From Candidatus Parcubacteria bacterium (GTDB lineage Bacteria > Patescibacteriota > Patescibacteriia > UBA1558 > GWA2-36-10), in contig JABHSK010000001.1 in assembly GCA_018669975.1 (NCBI GenBank), positions 88,394 to 152,393 on the forward strand: a stretch of DNA of 64,000 nucleotides, written 5' to 3'. Numbering within the stretch: position 1 is the first letter of the stretch; every line of letters begins with the position of its first letter. This document shows, in pieces, positions 46,939 to 55,079 of this stretch. The notes below the pieces were generated by a model. That model was given only the letters and a program-made list of their open reading frames with translations. It was not told where the DNA came from and ran no database searches. The position numbers and the translations under genes are program-made.

Positions 46939-47904
46939 TTAATAAATATTTTCTGGAAAAATTCCTCTGTATGTATTTCCAAAATCATCTACACAAGTAA
47001 CTTTGAAATCATAAAAATCATACAAGAATTTATTAAAAACAGTATGTTTCTCAGTTGCAGTTTCAGCTTTAGTTATTTCGGAATATGGGACACCCGCATT
47101 ACCTCCTGCGTAAGTCCATATGCAAGTAGAGCGATTGCCAGTAGAAATTGATAGCGAGTAACCTTGTTCTCCATCATAAAACTTAGATACAGTTATGTTT
47201 CCAGGGGATTCCTCAGCGTTTGACTTTTGATATTCCCCAATTGACCCATTGTAAACCGTATTAAGGCTTAAACATCGCATATATATAGGGACCCTGGGTG
47301 GTAGAAAATTATTTACACCTACCCTTCCCTCAGCACTATTATTGTCAATGAAAGCCGTGTCTGTTGTAAAAGATATATCTAAACCGTGATCGCCCCATAT
47401 TTCCCATGAACAAATTATTTCATTTTCAACAGATGGCGCATGCAATTCCCCGGTGCTTTTATTATAATAAAGCTCAACTTCTTTTATTTCTTCTATAATT
47501 TTTAAATTTTCAGGATCAATTATGCCATTGTGTTTAATTTGATTTTCATTATTTAAAATATTTTGGTCTGTTCCACCTTTGGGTAAAAATAAACCAAAAG
47601 ATGATATAAAGGATAAAAAAATAGACAAAATGAAAAGAGTTATGCCAATTATAAGCCAGCTCCATTTGTCCTTATACCAGGACCTATATACACCCAGGTT
47701 ACGTTTATTATCTGTTATTAAGCTAGCAACAAAAAATACGGAAAGATAGAGAAATGGTGATTTTTCTAAGGCCACTACTACGCCCATATTTATATAAACA
47801 GCAATTGCCATCCAGAAAATCATAGTAGCTAATATAGCATATAACCATATAGCTATCTTTCGTTTTTTTCTTGTTGAACTAACTCTATTTTTTTCTTTTG
47901 ACAT
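46939..47904 (-). CDS. Hypothetical membrane-anchored extracytoplasmic protein
   Basis: 321 aa with basic N-terminal TM helices, then a soluble domain. Confidence 0.5.
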   Translation of the reverse strand: MSKEKNRVSSTRKKRKIAIWLYAILATMIFWMAIAVYINMGVVVALEKSPFLYLSVFFVASLITDNKRNLGVYRSWYKDKWSWLIIGITLFILSIFLSFISSFGLFLPKGGTDQNILNNENQIKHNGIIDPENLKIIEEIKEVELYYNKSTGELHAPSVENEIICSWEIWGDHGLDISFTTDTAFIDNNSAEGRVGVNNFLPPRVPIYMRCLSLNTVYNGSIGEYQKSNAEESPGNITVSKFYDGEQGYSLSISTGNRSTCIWTYAGGNAGVPYSEITKAETATEKHTVFNKFLYDFYDFKVTCVDDFGNTYRGIFPENIY

Positions 47905-47962
47905 AATTTTTATATTAATTCTTTATAGATTTCTTCATTCGAATCATCAAAAACAACAAATA

Positions 47963-48481
47963 CTATCTATTATTTTTCTTTAATAAAAGAAAAACACTAC
48001 CAAAAATATAAGAACCAAATATTACAATCTTCTTGAATGCCCTATCATATACAGAGTCCACTGTAAATAACTCATTGTATTGGGGCTCAGTTCCAGTTGG
48101 AGTATTTAACCACAACCAATTAGCCATATGAGCTGAAGAATACCAAATGTAAAAAGAGATTAATCCTACTAATATAATAGCCGAATAAATAATAATCTTT
48201 TCTCTGTTTTTAATAAAAAAATTAAAAAGCCAATATTTTTCTCTATCATGACTGGACATTTTTACATACATTCTAATTAATACAAGAATAAATAAAATAG
48301 TTATCATAAGGCACCATTTTGCAGAAGAAATACTATACACTAACGCTGGACCACTGCCCTCAAGATTCCATCTGTACCAAAGTTTGTATAAAACACGAAT
48401 TATAAAAACAGTAGAAGAAACTATGGCTAGGGTTGATATTATATCCAATTTTGATTTAAGGCTTGTTTTTCTTTTAAACAT
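47963..48481 (-). CDS. Hypothetical polytopic membrane protein
   Basis: 172 aa with 4 predicted TM helices. Confidence 0.5.
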   Translation of the reverse strand: MFKRKTSLKSKLDIISTLAIVSSTVFIIRVLYKLWYRWNLEGSGPALVYSISSAKWCLMITILFILVLIRMYVKMSSHDREKYWLFNFFIKNREKIIIYSAIILVGLISFYIWYSSAHMANWLWLNTPTGTEPQYNELFTVDSVYDRAFKKIVIFGSYIFGSVFLLLKKNNR

Positions 48482-48497
48482 ATTTTTAAATTATTTA

Positions 48498-49313
48498 TTA
48501 ATACCAACAAAGATCTTCATACTCTATAGCACCTTGATTTATAAAATACTGCATTGCATCTGTTCTGCTGCCTAGTTTATCAATCAAGCCATTGTCTAGT
48601 GCCATCTGACCCATCACAGTAGAACCATCGGCCAATTCTTTAACTTTGTCAATTTCTAAACCTCTATTGGCAGCTACTTGCTCTACAAAATATTGATGCA
48701 TAATATCTAAATCTCTTTGCCATAAAGCCCTCTCTTCAAGTGTTAATGGTTTGTCTGGATTACCAGTATCTTTAAATTTTCCAGAATTTAATTCTATAAA
48801 AGTAAGACCATCATTTTGATTTTGTTTAGTGTAGTCTAAATAAGATCCTGTAACACCTATACTACCAACATCAGATATAGGAGAAGCTATTATATAATCA
48901 GCTCCAGTAGCTGCCCAATAAGCAGCAGATGCCGCTCCATCTCTAATTAATGCTACTGTTGGCTTTTCTGCTACTTTCAAAGCAGTAGCTATTTCATCAC
49001 CAGCTACACCGCTGCCACCATATGAATCAACTTCTAATAATATAGCTGAAACATTAGGATCTAAATCAGCGTCTTCAATAGCCCAGACAACATCATCAGC
49101 TGAAGTACTTAAAATCTCTCCTCCATTTTCGTCTAAATTAGTACCATAAGTGGTCACATCTCCATAAAGCTCTATCCCCATAACAGGACAATATACCATT
49201 TCTTCATAGTCAGAGGTAGATTCTATATAAGACTCAACGATAAGCTGAACACCAAATAGTGCGACTACTAACATTAACATCTTGAAGCTCATTTTTAAAA
49301 TTGTTTTTTTCAT
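48498..49313 (-). CDS. Secreted S49-family (SppA/ClpP-fold) peptidase
   Basis: Signal peptide. VALIRDGAASAAYWAATGADYIIASPISDVGSIGV matches the S49 signal-peptide-peptidase core. Confidence 0.65.
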   Translation of the reverse strand: MKKTILKMSFKMLMLVVALFGVQLIVESYIESTSDYEEMVYCPVMGIELYGDVTTYGTNLDENGGEILSTSADDVVWAIEDADLDPNVSAILLEVDSYGGSGVAGDEIATALKVAEKPTVALIRDGAASAAYWAATGADYIIASPISDVGSIGVTGSYLDYTKQNQNDGLTFIELNSGKFKDTGNPDKPLTLEERALWQRDLDIMHQYFVEQVAANRGLEIDKVKELADGSTVMGQMALDNGLIDKLGSRTDAMQYFINQGAIEYEDLCWY

Positions 49314-49329
49314 AAGTTTAATTTATTAA

Positions 49330-50247
49330 TTATTTTTTATAATCATCAAAATTTTCTATTTTAATATATTTCCTCATCTCATCTGTAATAACCTCTTTTG
49401 ATTCTCCACGAGATGTTGTTGCTATCAAGTATATACCTAGATCTTTACCTTCTTTAGCTATTTTTATAAAAGCCTTCTCTGTTTTTTCTGGACAGATACG
49501 CATTGCTGCTGCATATTGTGAAATTAAAATAACAGCCTTTTTATCTTTATAACTCTTTTTCTTCTTTTTTGTTTTTATTAATATACCTAGCCAATTCTCA
49601 AATAATTTAGAATCTGTTGTATGGAAATCAACTATCGGACCAGTAACAAAAGAAAAACCCCTATAAAAAGAAAAATGTAACCTATCACCATCAATTAAAA
49701 CAAATTTACAGGTTTTGGAATATTTATGTATAAAATGTTGTAGATAGGCATACTTACCAGTGTTAACATGACCCATGATTATTTTTGTCTCTAGTTTTGG
49801 TTCTACGGGTGATTTAGTGGTTCTTTTCATTTCATCTAATATTTCTTGCTCTGTACCCACATGAACTCCTAGATGCTCTACAAAATTTTCTAGATTGTTA
49901 GATATTATTTTTACTTTATGTTCTGCTCTGTGCTCGCATAATACTTTTTTTTCTTGTGGAAATAGATAATCATCAATCCAATTAAAATCTTTAGTAAAAT
50001 CTATAGCTTCCGTTTTCCAAGTATTCCAAATGGTTGGTTTTATTTTTTTTAAATATTTAATAGACTCTTTAGGAAATTCTTTACTTAAAATCTCCAAAGC
50101 CTTATCAGCATTACCATCTTTACACCAGGTAGTTAGCCAATACACATCATACTCTTCTGTAAGTTTTTTAACTAGCTCTGGAGCACCAATATTAAGATTG
50201 CCTCTCTTGTCTAGTAAAACACCATCAATGTCTAAATATATATTCAT
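49330..50247 (-). CDS. HAD-like hydrolase fused to a degenerate P-loop domain (Pnkp-like architecture, speculative)
   Basis: The N-terminus YLDIDGVLLD is HAD motif I (DxDG). The C-terminal half has GHVNTGKY (P-loop-like GxxxxGK) and LIDGD (Walker-B-like). Confidence 0.45.
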   Translation of the reverse strand: MNIYLDIDGVLLDKRGNLNIGAPELVKKLTEEYDVYWLTTWCKDGNADKALEILSKEFPKESIKYLKKIKPTIWNTWKTEAIDFTKDFNWIDDYLFPQEKKVLCEHRAEHKVKIISNNLENFVEHLGVHVGTEQEILDEMKRTTKSPVEPKLETKIIMGHVNTGKYAYLQHFIHKYSKTCKFVLIDGDRLHFSFYRGFSFVTGPIVDFHTTDSKLFENWLGILIKTKKKKKSYKDKKAVILISQYAAAMRICPEKTEKAFIKIAKEGKDLGIYLIATTSRGESKEVITDEMRKYIKIENFDDYKK

Positions 50248-50251
50248 AAAT

Positions 50252-50488
50252 TTATTTATTCCTTTGTTTCTTGCGTAAATAAGTTGGCGTATCAAGATCT
50301 TCTTGTTTAGCTATTTTATTCAGAATCTTTTTTAGCTTTCCATGTTCCTTGTTATCATCTTTAACAAAAAAATCTTTAACCACAACCATAAAATCATTAT
50401 GACAAGATTTACATAAATCATAACCAAGCTCTTCTATTATCTTTTTAGAAAATTCTTCTTTACATTTATCACAAATATATTTTTTCAT
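50252..50488 (-). CDS. Small zinc-ribbon protein
   Basis: CDKC...CKSCH four-Cys motif. Confidence 0.45.
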   Translation of the reverse strand: MKKYICDKCKEEFSKKIIEELGYDLCKSCHNDFMVVVKDFFVKDDNKEHGKLKKILNKIAKQEDLDTPTYLRKKQRNK

Positions 50489-50497
50489 ATTTTTATT

Positions 50498-50752
50498 TTA
50501 TTTATCAGCTTCTGGCTTCCAAACTTTTTTCTCGTATGGATGTGAGTCAATAATATAAACTGGGCCAATCGGTTTAGTTTTTTCATCTTGATTGTGATTA
50601 TCACAATAAGTCCAAAGTGGTTTTGGAATTTTAAACTTTCTAATTACACAATATGCATCTCCCTCTTTTTCTATTTCTGGGTAGCCCTTTTTTCCATCAT
50701 TTTTACTATTAAACTTACAGGTTCCGCAATGGCCTGGTCCTCCATTTGGCAT
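50498..50752 (-). CDS. Small Cys/His-rich protein
   Basis: CGTC...C..C..H motifs. 84 aa. Confidence 0.45.
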   Translation of the reverse strand: MPNGGPGHCGTCKFNSKNDGKKGYPEIEKEGDAYCVIRKFKIPKPLWTYCDNHNQDEKTKPIGPVYIIDSHPYEKKVWKPEADK

Positions 50753-50767
50753 AGTTTTATTTATTAA

Positions 50768-51181
50768 TTATTTTTTATTTAATTTTCTAGCATACTCTAT
50801 AGTTTCTTCTTTCTTTGCTATCTCAGTATATAATAGATTTGGATCTGGTTTACTATTTATTCTCCATAAATCTAATCTATCTGCATCCCAACATGTTTGA
50901 ATAGTAATATCATTACTTTGAGCATTTGATTCACTATGATTAGCACAGGCAAAAATAAGTTGTTCAAATTGTTTATCTGTCACATCCAATAAATTTTTAT
51001 TGTACAAAAGTTTTAAATACTGAGCAGATCGTTTACCATGTTGGCCATCAAATCCGTCATCTCTCCTTCTTATATCATGAAAATATGCAAATAAACTCAA
51101 AACTTTTTTATCGGCATTATTGTAATCAGCTAAATAGTGGCCGATTTTCTCTACATTTTCAAAATGATCTTCTTGATGCAT
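50768..51181 (-). CDS. HD-domain phosphohydrolase
   Basis: H...FHDIRR...H...CWDADRLD, with the HD and D motifs of the HD superfamily. Confidence 0.65.
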   Translation of the reverse strand: MHQEDHFENVEKIGHYLADYNNADKKVLSLFAYFHDIRRRDDGFDGQHGKRSAQYLKLLYNKNLLDVTDKQFEQLIFACANHSESNAQSNDITIQTCWDADRLDLWRINSKPDPNLLYTEIAKKEETIEYARKLNKK

Positions 51182-51183
51182 AT

Positions 51184-52017
51184 TTAATTTATAACTTCAC
51201 AATAGTAGAAATATGGAGGCCCATAAGTATTTTTTATGCCTAATATTCTTACTTTTTTTACACCTGTACATGCATCATATTCCATATGACCCTTATATCC
51301 GCTTTGATAGGTGCCCTCTACATATCTTTCTCTGCAATTAAATTTTGTAGTGGGAGGAAAATAACAATTCATATCTTTAACATGTCCACTTTGTCCATCT
51401 ATGTATACTTGTAATTGTGCATAAGAATTATCAACTTCTCTGGGGGCATATTCAGTTATTGCATAAACATAATATTCTTGAGTCTTGTCTCTATATACTT
51501 GCCAATAAATTATGCTAATAATTAATACTACTATCAATATTCCAAAAATTAGCTTTTTCATAATATTTTTATTACTTGCTTCTTGTCTTTGTTTATTGTG
51601 CGTATTATTAATATTTGTTTTCATAGCTATGTTTTCTTTATTATCAAAAAATTCCTTACATGTTTCAATAACTTCTGACGGCACTACAGTTGCTTTAACC
51701 AAGTATTTGACGGCACCTAGTTTATTAGCTCTATTTATATCTTCCTTCTGCGAATGATTAGTAAGAAAAATAATTGGAATATCTTTTGTTTTTTTATCTT
51801 TTTTTAAAATTTCTGTAGCTGCAAGACCACTCATTACTGGCATTGTTATACTCATTAATATAAGATTGGGCTTTTCTTTTAAAACCTGCTCTACAAGCTC
51901 TTTGGCTTCAGCAGGTGGATTTAAATAATATTTATAATTAAATCCTGCATTTCTAAACTTAATAGCATACATATTAGCTAGCATCTCCTCATCTTCAAAA
52001 TGTACAATTTTCTTCAT
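51184..52017 (-). CDS. Membrane-anchored pseudo-receiver (REC-like) domain protein lacking the phospho-acceptor Asp
   Basis: The N-terminal 120 aa match the CheY-like fold (FEDEE acidic pocket, KYLVKA). The canonical LILMDIxMP is replaced by ILMSITMPVMSG (Asp replaced by Ser). A TM helix and a Cys/Tyr-rich extracytoplasmic domain follow. Confidence 0.55.
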   Translation of the reverse strand: MKKIVHFEDEEMLANMYAIKFRNAGFNYKYYLNPPAEAKELVEQVLKEKPNLILMSITMPVMSGLAATEILKKDKKTKDIPIIFLTNHSQKEDINRANKLGAVKYLVKATVVPSEVIETCKEFFDNKENIAMKTNINNTHNKQRQEASNKNIMKKLIFGILIVVLIISIIYWQVYRDKTQEYYVYAITEYAPREVDNSYAQLQVYIDGQSGHVKDMNCYFPPTTKFNCRERYVEGTYQSGYKGHMEYDACTGVKKVRILGIKNTYGPPYFYYCEVIN

Positions 52018-52078
52018 ATTTTTTGTTAGTTATCTATTAATACATCGTATACCAAATAGCTGACATTTACAAGAATCA

Positions 52079-52474
52079 CTATTGTCTGCCGGATTGACCG
52101 CCAAATTGTATATAAGCGCCTTCTTCGGTGTCTAGCTTATTTTCAATTGAATGTTGAACACTAGAAATATCAGATATACGATGGTTATCACTATCAATTT
52201 CTCGAGTGTCTTTTGCATTACTCTTGTTCCAAATTTTTTCATTGTTTCTGTCATTTTTTCTCCTTTCTTTAGGCTGGATAAGTCCAGCTTTTATTAAACT
52301 TTTTGCTACTTGGCCAAAAATACTTTCTAAATACCAAGCTAAGTCGGTATCTACTAAATATTGCCAAGCATCGTGCTCTTCATCTTTGTTTGCTTCGACT
52401 CCTTCGCAGAATCCCTGAGCTATTACTGTAGCTAAGTAGGGTGTCATTTTTGTATTACTATAATATCTTTTCAT
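52079..52474 (-). CDS. Hypothetical protein (131 aa)
   Basis: ORF. Confidence 0.45.
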   Translation of the reverse strand: MKRYYSNTKMTPYLATVIAQGFCEGVEANKDEEHDAWQYLVDTDLAWYLESIFGQVAKSLIKAGLIQPKERRKNDRNNEKIWNKSNAKDTREIDSDNHRISDISSVQHSIENKLDTEEGAYIQFGGQSGRQ

Positions 52475-52498
52475 ATTTTTATTGATTAATAATTAAAT

Positions 52499-52846
52499 TT
52501 AGTCATTGTTTTCACAGAGAATTGTATTAATACCTGGGTCATTTAACCTCTCCTTACCCTTAGGAAGCTTCTCATGTGCCTTATAAACACAACTAGCTTC
52601 CTTATCATATATTCTGACATCCCAACCTTTGTCCATATAGTGCCACTGCGCCCTAGTACGGTCATTTGGGTTTAAAGCCAAAAAAAGCCTATCAGCAAGC
52701 GCTATACAATGCTCAATAGAGCTAAAGTCGCTAGCTAGTATCTTATAGCGATAGTCATCAAAAATATCAGCATAGTGATAGGCGTCCATCAAGTCTATAA
52801 TAGCGATTGTATAAGGTAGTTTAGATTGTTTTTCTTTTGTTTTCAT
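52499..52846 (-). CDS. Hypothetical protein (115 aa)
   Basis: ORF. Confidence 0.45.
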   Translation of the reverse strand: MKTKEKQSKLPYTIAIIDLMDAYHYADIFDDYRYKILASDFSSIEHCIALADRLFLALNPNDRTRAQWHYMDKGWDVRIYDKEASCVYKAHEKLPKGKERLNDPGINTILCENND

Positions 52847-52905
52847 ATTTTTATTGGTTAATTGTTAGCTTGCAGCTATTGTTTTTGGCTTCATGCCTCG
52901 ACCTT

Positions 52906-53100
52906 TATAAAAACAAAAAACGGCTGAGAGATTTGATCAACGTATAAAACGTCAATGAAATCTCCCAACCGTCATAGGCTAGTCGAAATATACCATCTGG
53001 CTCACCGCAGATTTCCCAGTTTGCCTCCCATCTCAAGGATGGAGATATATTCGGCGCGAATTAGCTGCACGCGCTACAGACTCTTCTATCAAAGTACATA
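52906..53100 (-). ncRNA. Candidate structured RNA (GC-rich, multiple hairpins) ending in a strong intrinsic terminator
   Basis: A 280-bp ORF-free, GC-enriched block. Minus-strand hairpins GGCGCGAATTAGCTGCACGCGC and CTCCATCCTTGAGATGGGAG. A 14-bp terminator stem CGGTTGGGAGATTT/AAATCTCTCAGCCG (2 G-U pairs) is followed by UUUUUUGUUUUU. Confidence 0.3.
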
Positions 53101-53140
53101 GTAATTATAGCAAAAATAGGGGTTTTGTCAAGGTTTTTGC

Positions 53141-53626
53141 TTATTTTTTTTCTAGTTTTTTAAGATTAAGAGTTATGTCTTTTATAGAAGCATCTTGTAA
53201 TACTTTTCTTAAAGTTAAAATATGGCCTTTCTGATGCTCGCTATACCTAGCATATTTATTTATAATATTATGAGGGATTCTATAAGCTTCTTTCACTGAA
53301 TAATCTTCATTAAAAATAACTGCGTCTAAAAAATCAAATCCTTGCTTATCTAAATTTCTTATAACACCAAGCTGATTAGATTTATTATCTTTTTTTAATC
53401 TTCTAGATTTAACTTGGTATCTTTTTTTTGATCTTCTATCAATAGCGTCATAACTAGAAAAAGAATTTGCCATTAAATCATATCCAAAAGCTTCTGCTAC
53501 TAACCACTCTGCATAATCAGCCACTGGATTGTTTGCTGTCCTTATAAGGCCTTTTTTCTTTAGCTCCAATAATGTATCACTATTAAGCCTTAATAATTCT
53601 ATAGATGATAATTTAGATAAATTCAT
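53141..53626 (-). CDS. Hypothetical protein (161 aa)
   Basis: ORF. Basic. No motif recognized. Confidence 0.5.
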   Translation of the reverse strand: MNLSKLSSIELLRLNSDTLLELKKKGLIRTANNPVADYAEWLVAEAFGYDLMANSFSSYDAIDRRSKKRYQVKSRRLKKDNKSNQLGVIRNLDKQGFDFLDAVIFNEDYSVKEAYRIPHNIINKYARYSEHQKGHILTLRKVLQDASIKDITLNLKKLEKK

Positions 53627-53632
53627 AAAAAA

Positions 53633-53905
53633 TTATTTCTTACTGTGATAAACTTTTCCGCCCTTTTTTTCTTGATATATTATATCCTCATCGTCTTCAT
53701 ACATCTTTTTTATAATTTTTTTCTTACCTTTTTTACTATCTTTTTCATAGGGAACATAATAATACTGCTCTGGAGGTTGTTCAAAATGAGGAAGGCCTTC
53801 TTGAATCCAGTTGATTTCTTCTTTAATAATATTAATATCTTGTCTATTTCTTTGTAAATACCATATTATTAATAAAGCTAGGGTTATAAGAATGTAGTCT
53901 GTCAT
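53633..53905 (-). CDS. Small membrane protein (90 aa)
   Basis: N-terminal TM helix with a K-rich tail. Confidence 0.4.
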   Translation of the reverse strand: MTDYILITLALLIIWYLQRNRQDINIIKEEINWIQEGLPHFEQPPEQYYYVPYEKDSKKGKKKIIKKMYEDDEDIIYQEKKGGKVYHSKK

Positions 53906-53909
53906 AATT

Positions 53910-54140
53910 TTATATTTTAGCTCTATTTAAAATATTACCCATTATCCAATACTTATAATCACCCTCATAGTAATATCTATAAATATCCATCTTACCATGC
54001 AAAGTAAACTCTTCTTCTTTGCCTGACTTAGATATTTTTATTTTATATTCATCAAACAGCTCCAGCTCATTCTCTTTTACTATATATTCATGAGGAGCTA
54101 TTTTGGCGTAAGTTTTTGCAAATATCCAAGGCATTTCCAT
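53910..54140 (-). CDS. Hypothetical protein (76 aa)
   Basis: ORF. Confidence 0.4.
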   Translation of the reverse strand: MEMPWIFAKTYAKIAPHEYIVKENELELFDEYKIKISKSGKEEEFTLHGKMDIYRYYYEGDYKYWIMGNILNRAKI

Positions 54141-54161
54141 ATTATTAATTTTATTAAAAAA

Positions 54162-55019
54162 TTATAATTTTTTCCAATTCTTATTAACCAATTTATAATT
54201 ACTCAAGTTTAAGGTAGAAAAACCTTTACTATTATCCAATATTGATGCAAATGATCTAATGGTGTGATCCTCAACTCTTTCTAATAAATTACTAAATTCC
54301 GGCTTAACTATATCGTATCTAAATTTATCCCAATCACCAGACATTCCTTGGTGAGTCCTTCCATGCTTCACTCTATTTCCAAAAATTTCTGCTTTTCCGA
54401 TATACAGTAATTTCTTTTTTGTATTAGCTAAATAATATATTACATTTACTTGTCCTGCATGTCTTGATAATTCCTTATGAGAATACCACCCTGTACTTCT
54501 AGAAATTAAATGTTTTTTATCTTTTAAAAATAACCACCCAAATACATTAGCGTCAGCCAACCTTTCAAATAAAGAATTCCATTCTGTTTTTATTTGAATG
54601 AATGGCTCAATGTAAATTTCTTTTAAAGAAGCCCCTCTAAGAGTTATTACTTCTTGTTGCCCCGCTAACATATGACTACGAAATTTTTTTAACTCACCTG
54701 CATTTTCATGTAATTCTTTTTGTGATTTTAATATCACATAACTATTTATAAATTCACGACGCAATACCATTAGAAAGTCTTTGCCAATGTCCCACCTTAA
54801 CTGGTAAACATTTGTGTTGTTTCTTCTATTAATATGGCGAATCTTTGCCTTATAAGACTTTTTTTTATATTTAATCTTAACCTCTCTTGAATGACCGGGC
54901 GTAATCGGTACTCCGTGTAGAAAATCTTTTTCGTACTCCTTGGGAATAATAGTACCCCATTCAAAAGTAGACCTGTCTATTTTTTTATAATAAGGATGTT
55001 TGGTGTATTTTTTTTTCAT
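54162..55019 (-). CDS. GIY-YIG nuclease domain protein with N-terminal unknown domain
   Basis: The C-terminal NVIYYLANTKKKLLYIGKAEIFGNRVKHGRTH fits GIY...YIG...R...H. Confidence 0.55.
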   Translation of the reverse strand: MKKKYTKHPYYKKIDRSTFEWGTIIPKEYEKDFLHGVPITPGHSREVKIKYKKKSYKAKIRHINRRNNTNVYQLRWDIGKDFLMVLRREFINSYVILKSQKELHENAGELKKFRSHMLAGQQEVITLRGASLKEIYIEPFIQIKTEWNSLFERLADANVFGWLFLKDKKHLISRSTGWYSHKELSRHAGQVNVIYYLANTKKKLLYIGKAEIFGNRVKHGRTHQGMSGDWDKFRYDIVKPEFSNLLERVEDHTIRSFASILDNSKGFSTLNLSNYKLVNKNWKKL

Positions 55020-55079
55020 ATAATTATTTTTTACAGTAGCAATCTTTATTACCTGCTTCTCTAAAGATGTTTTTAATAA

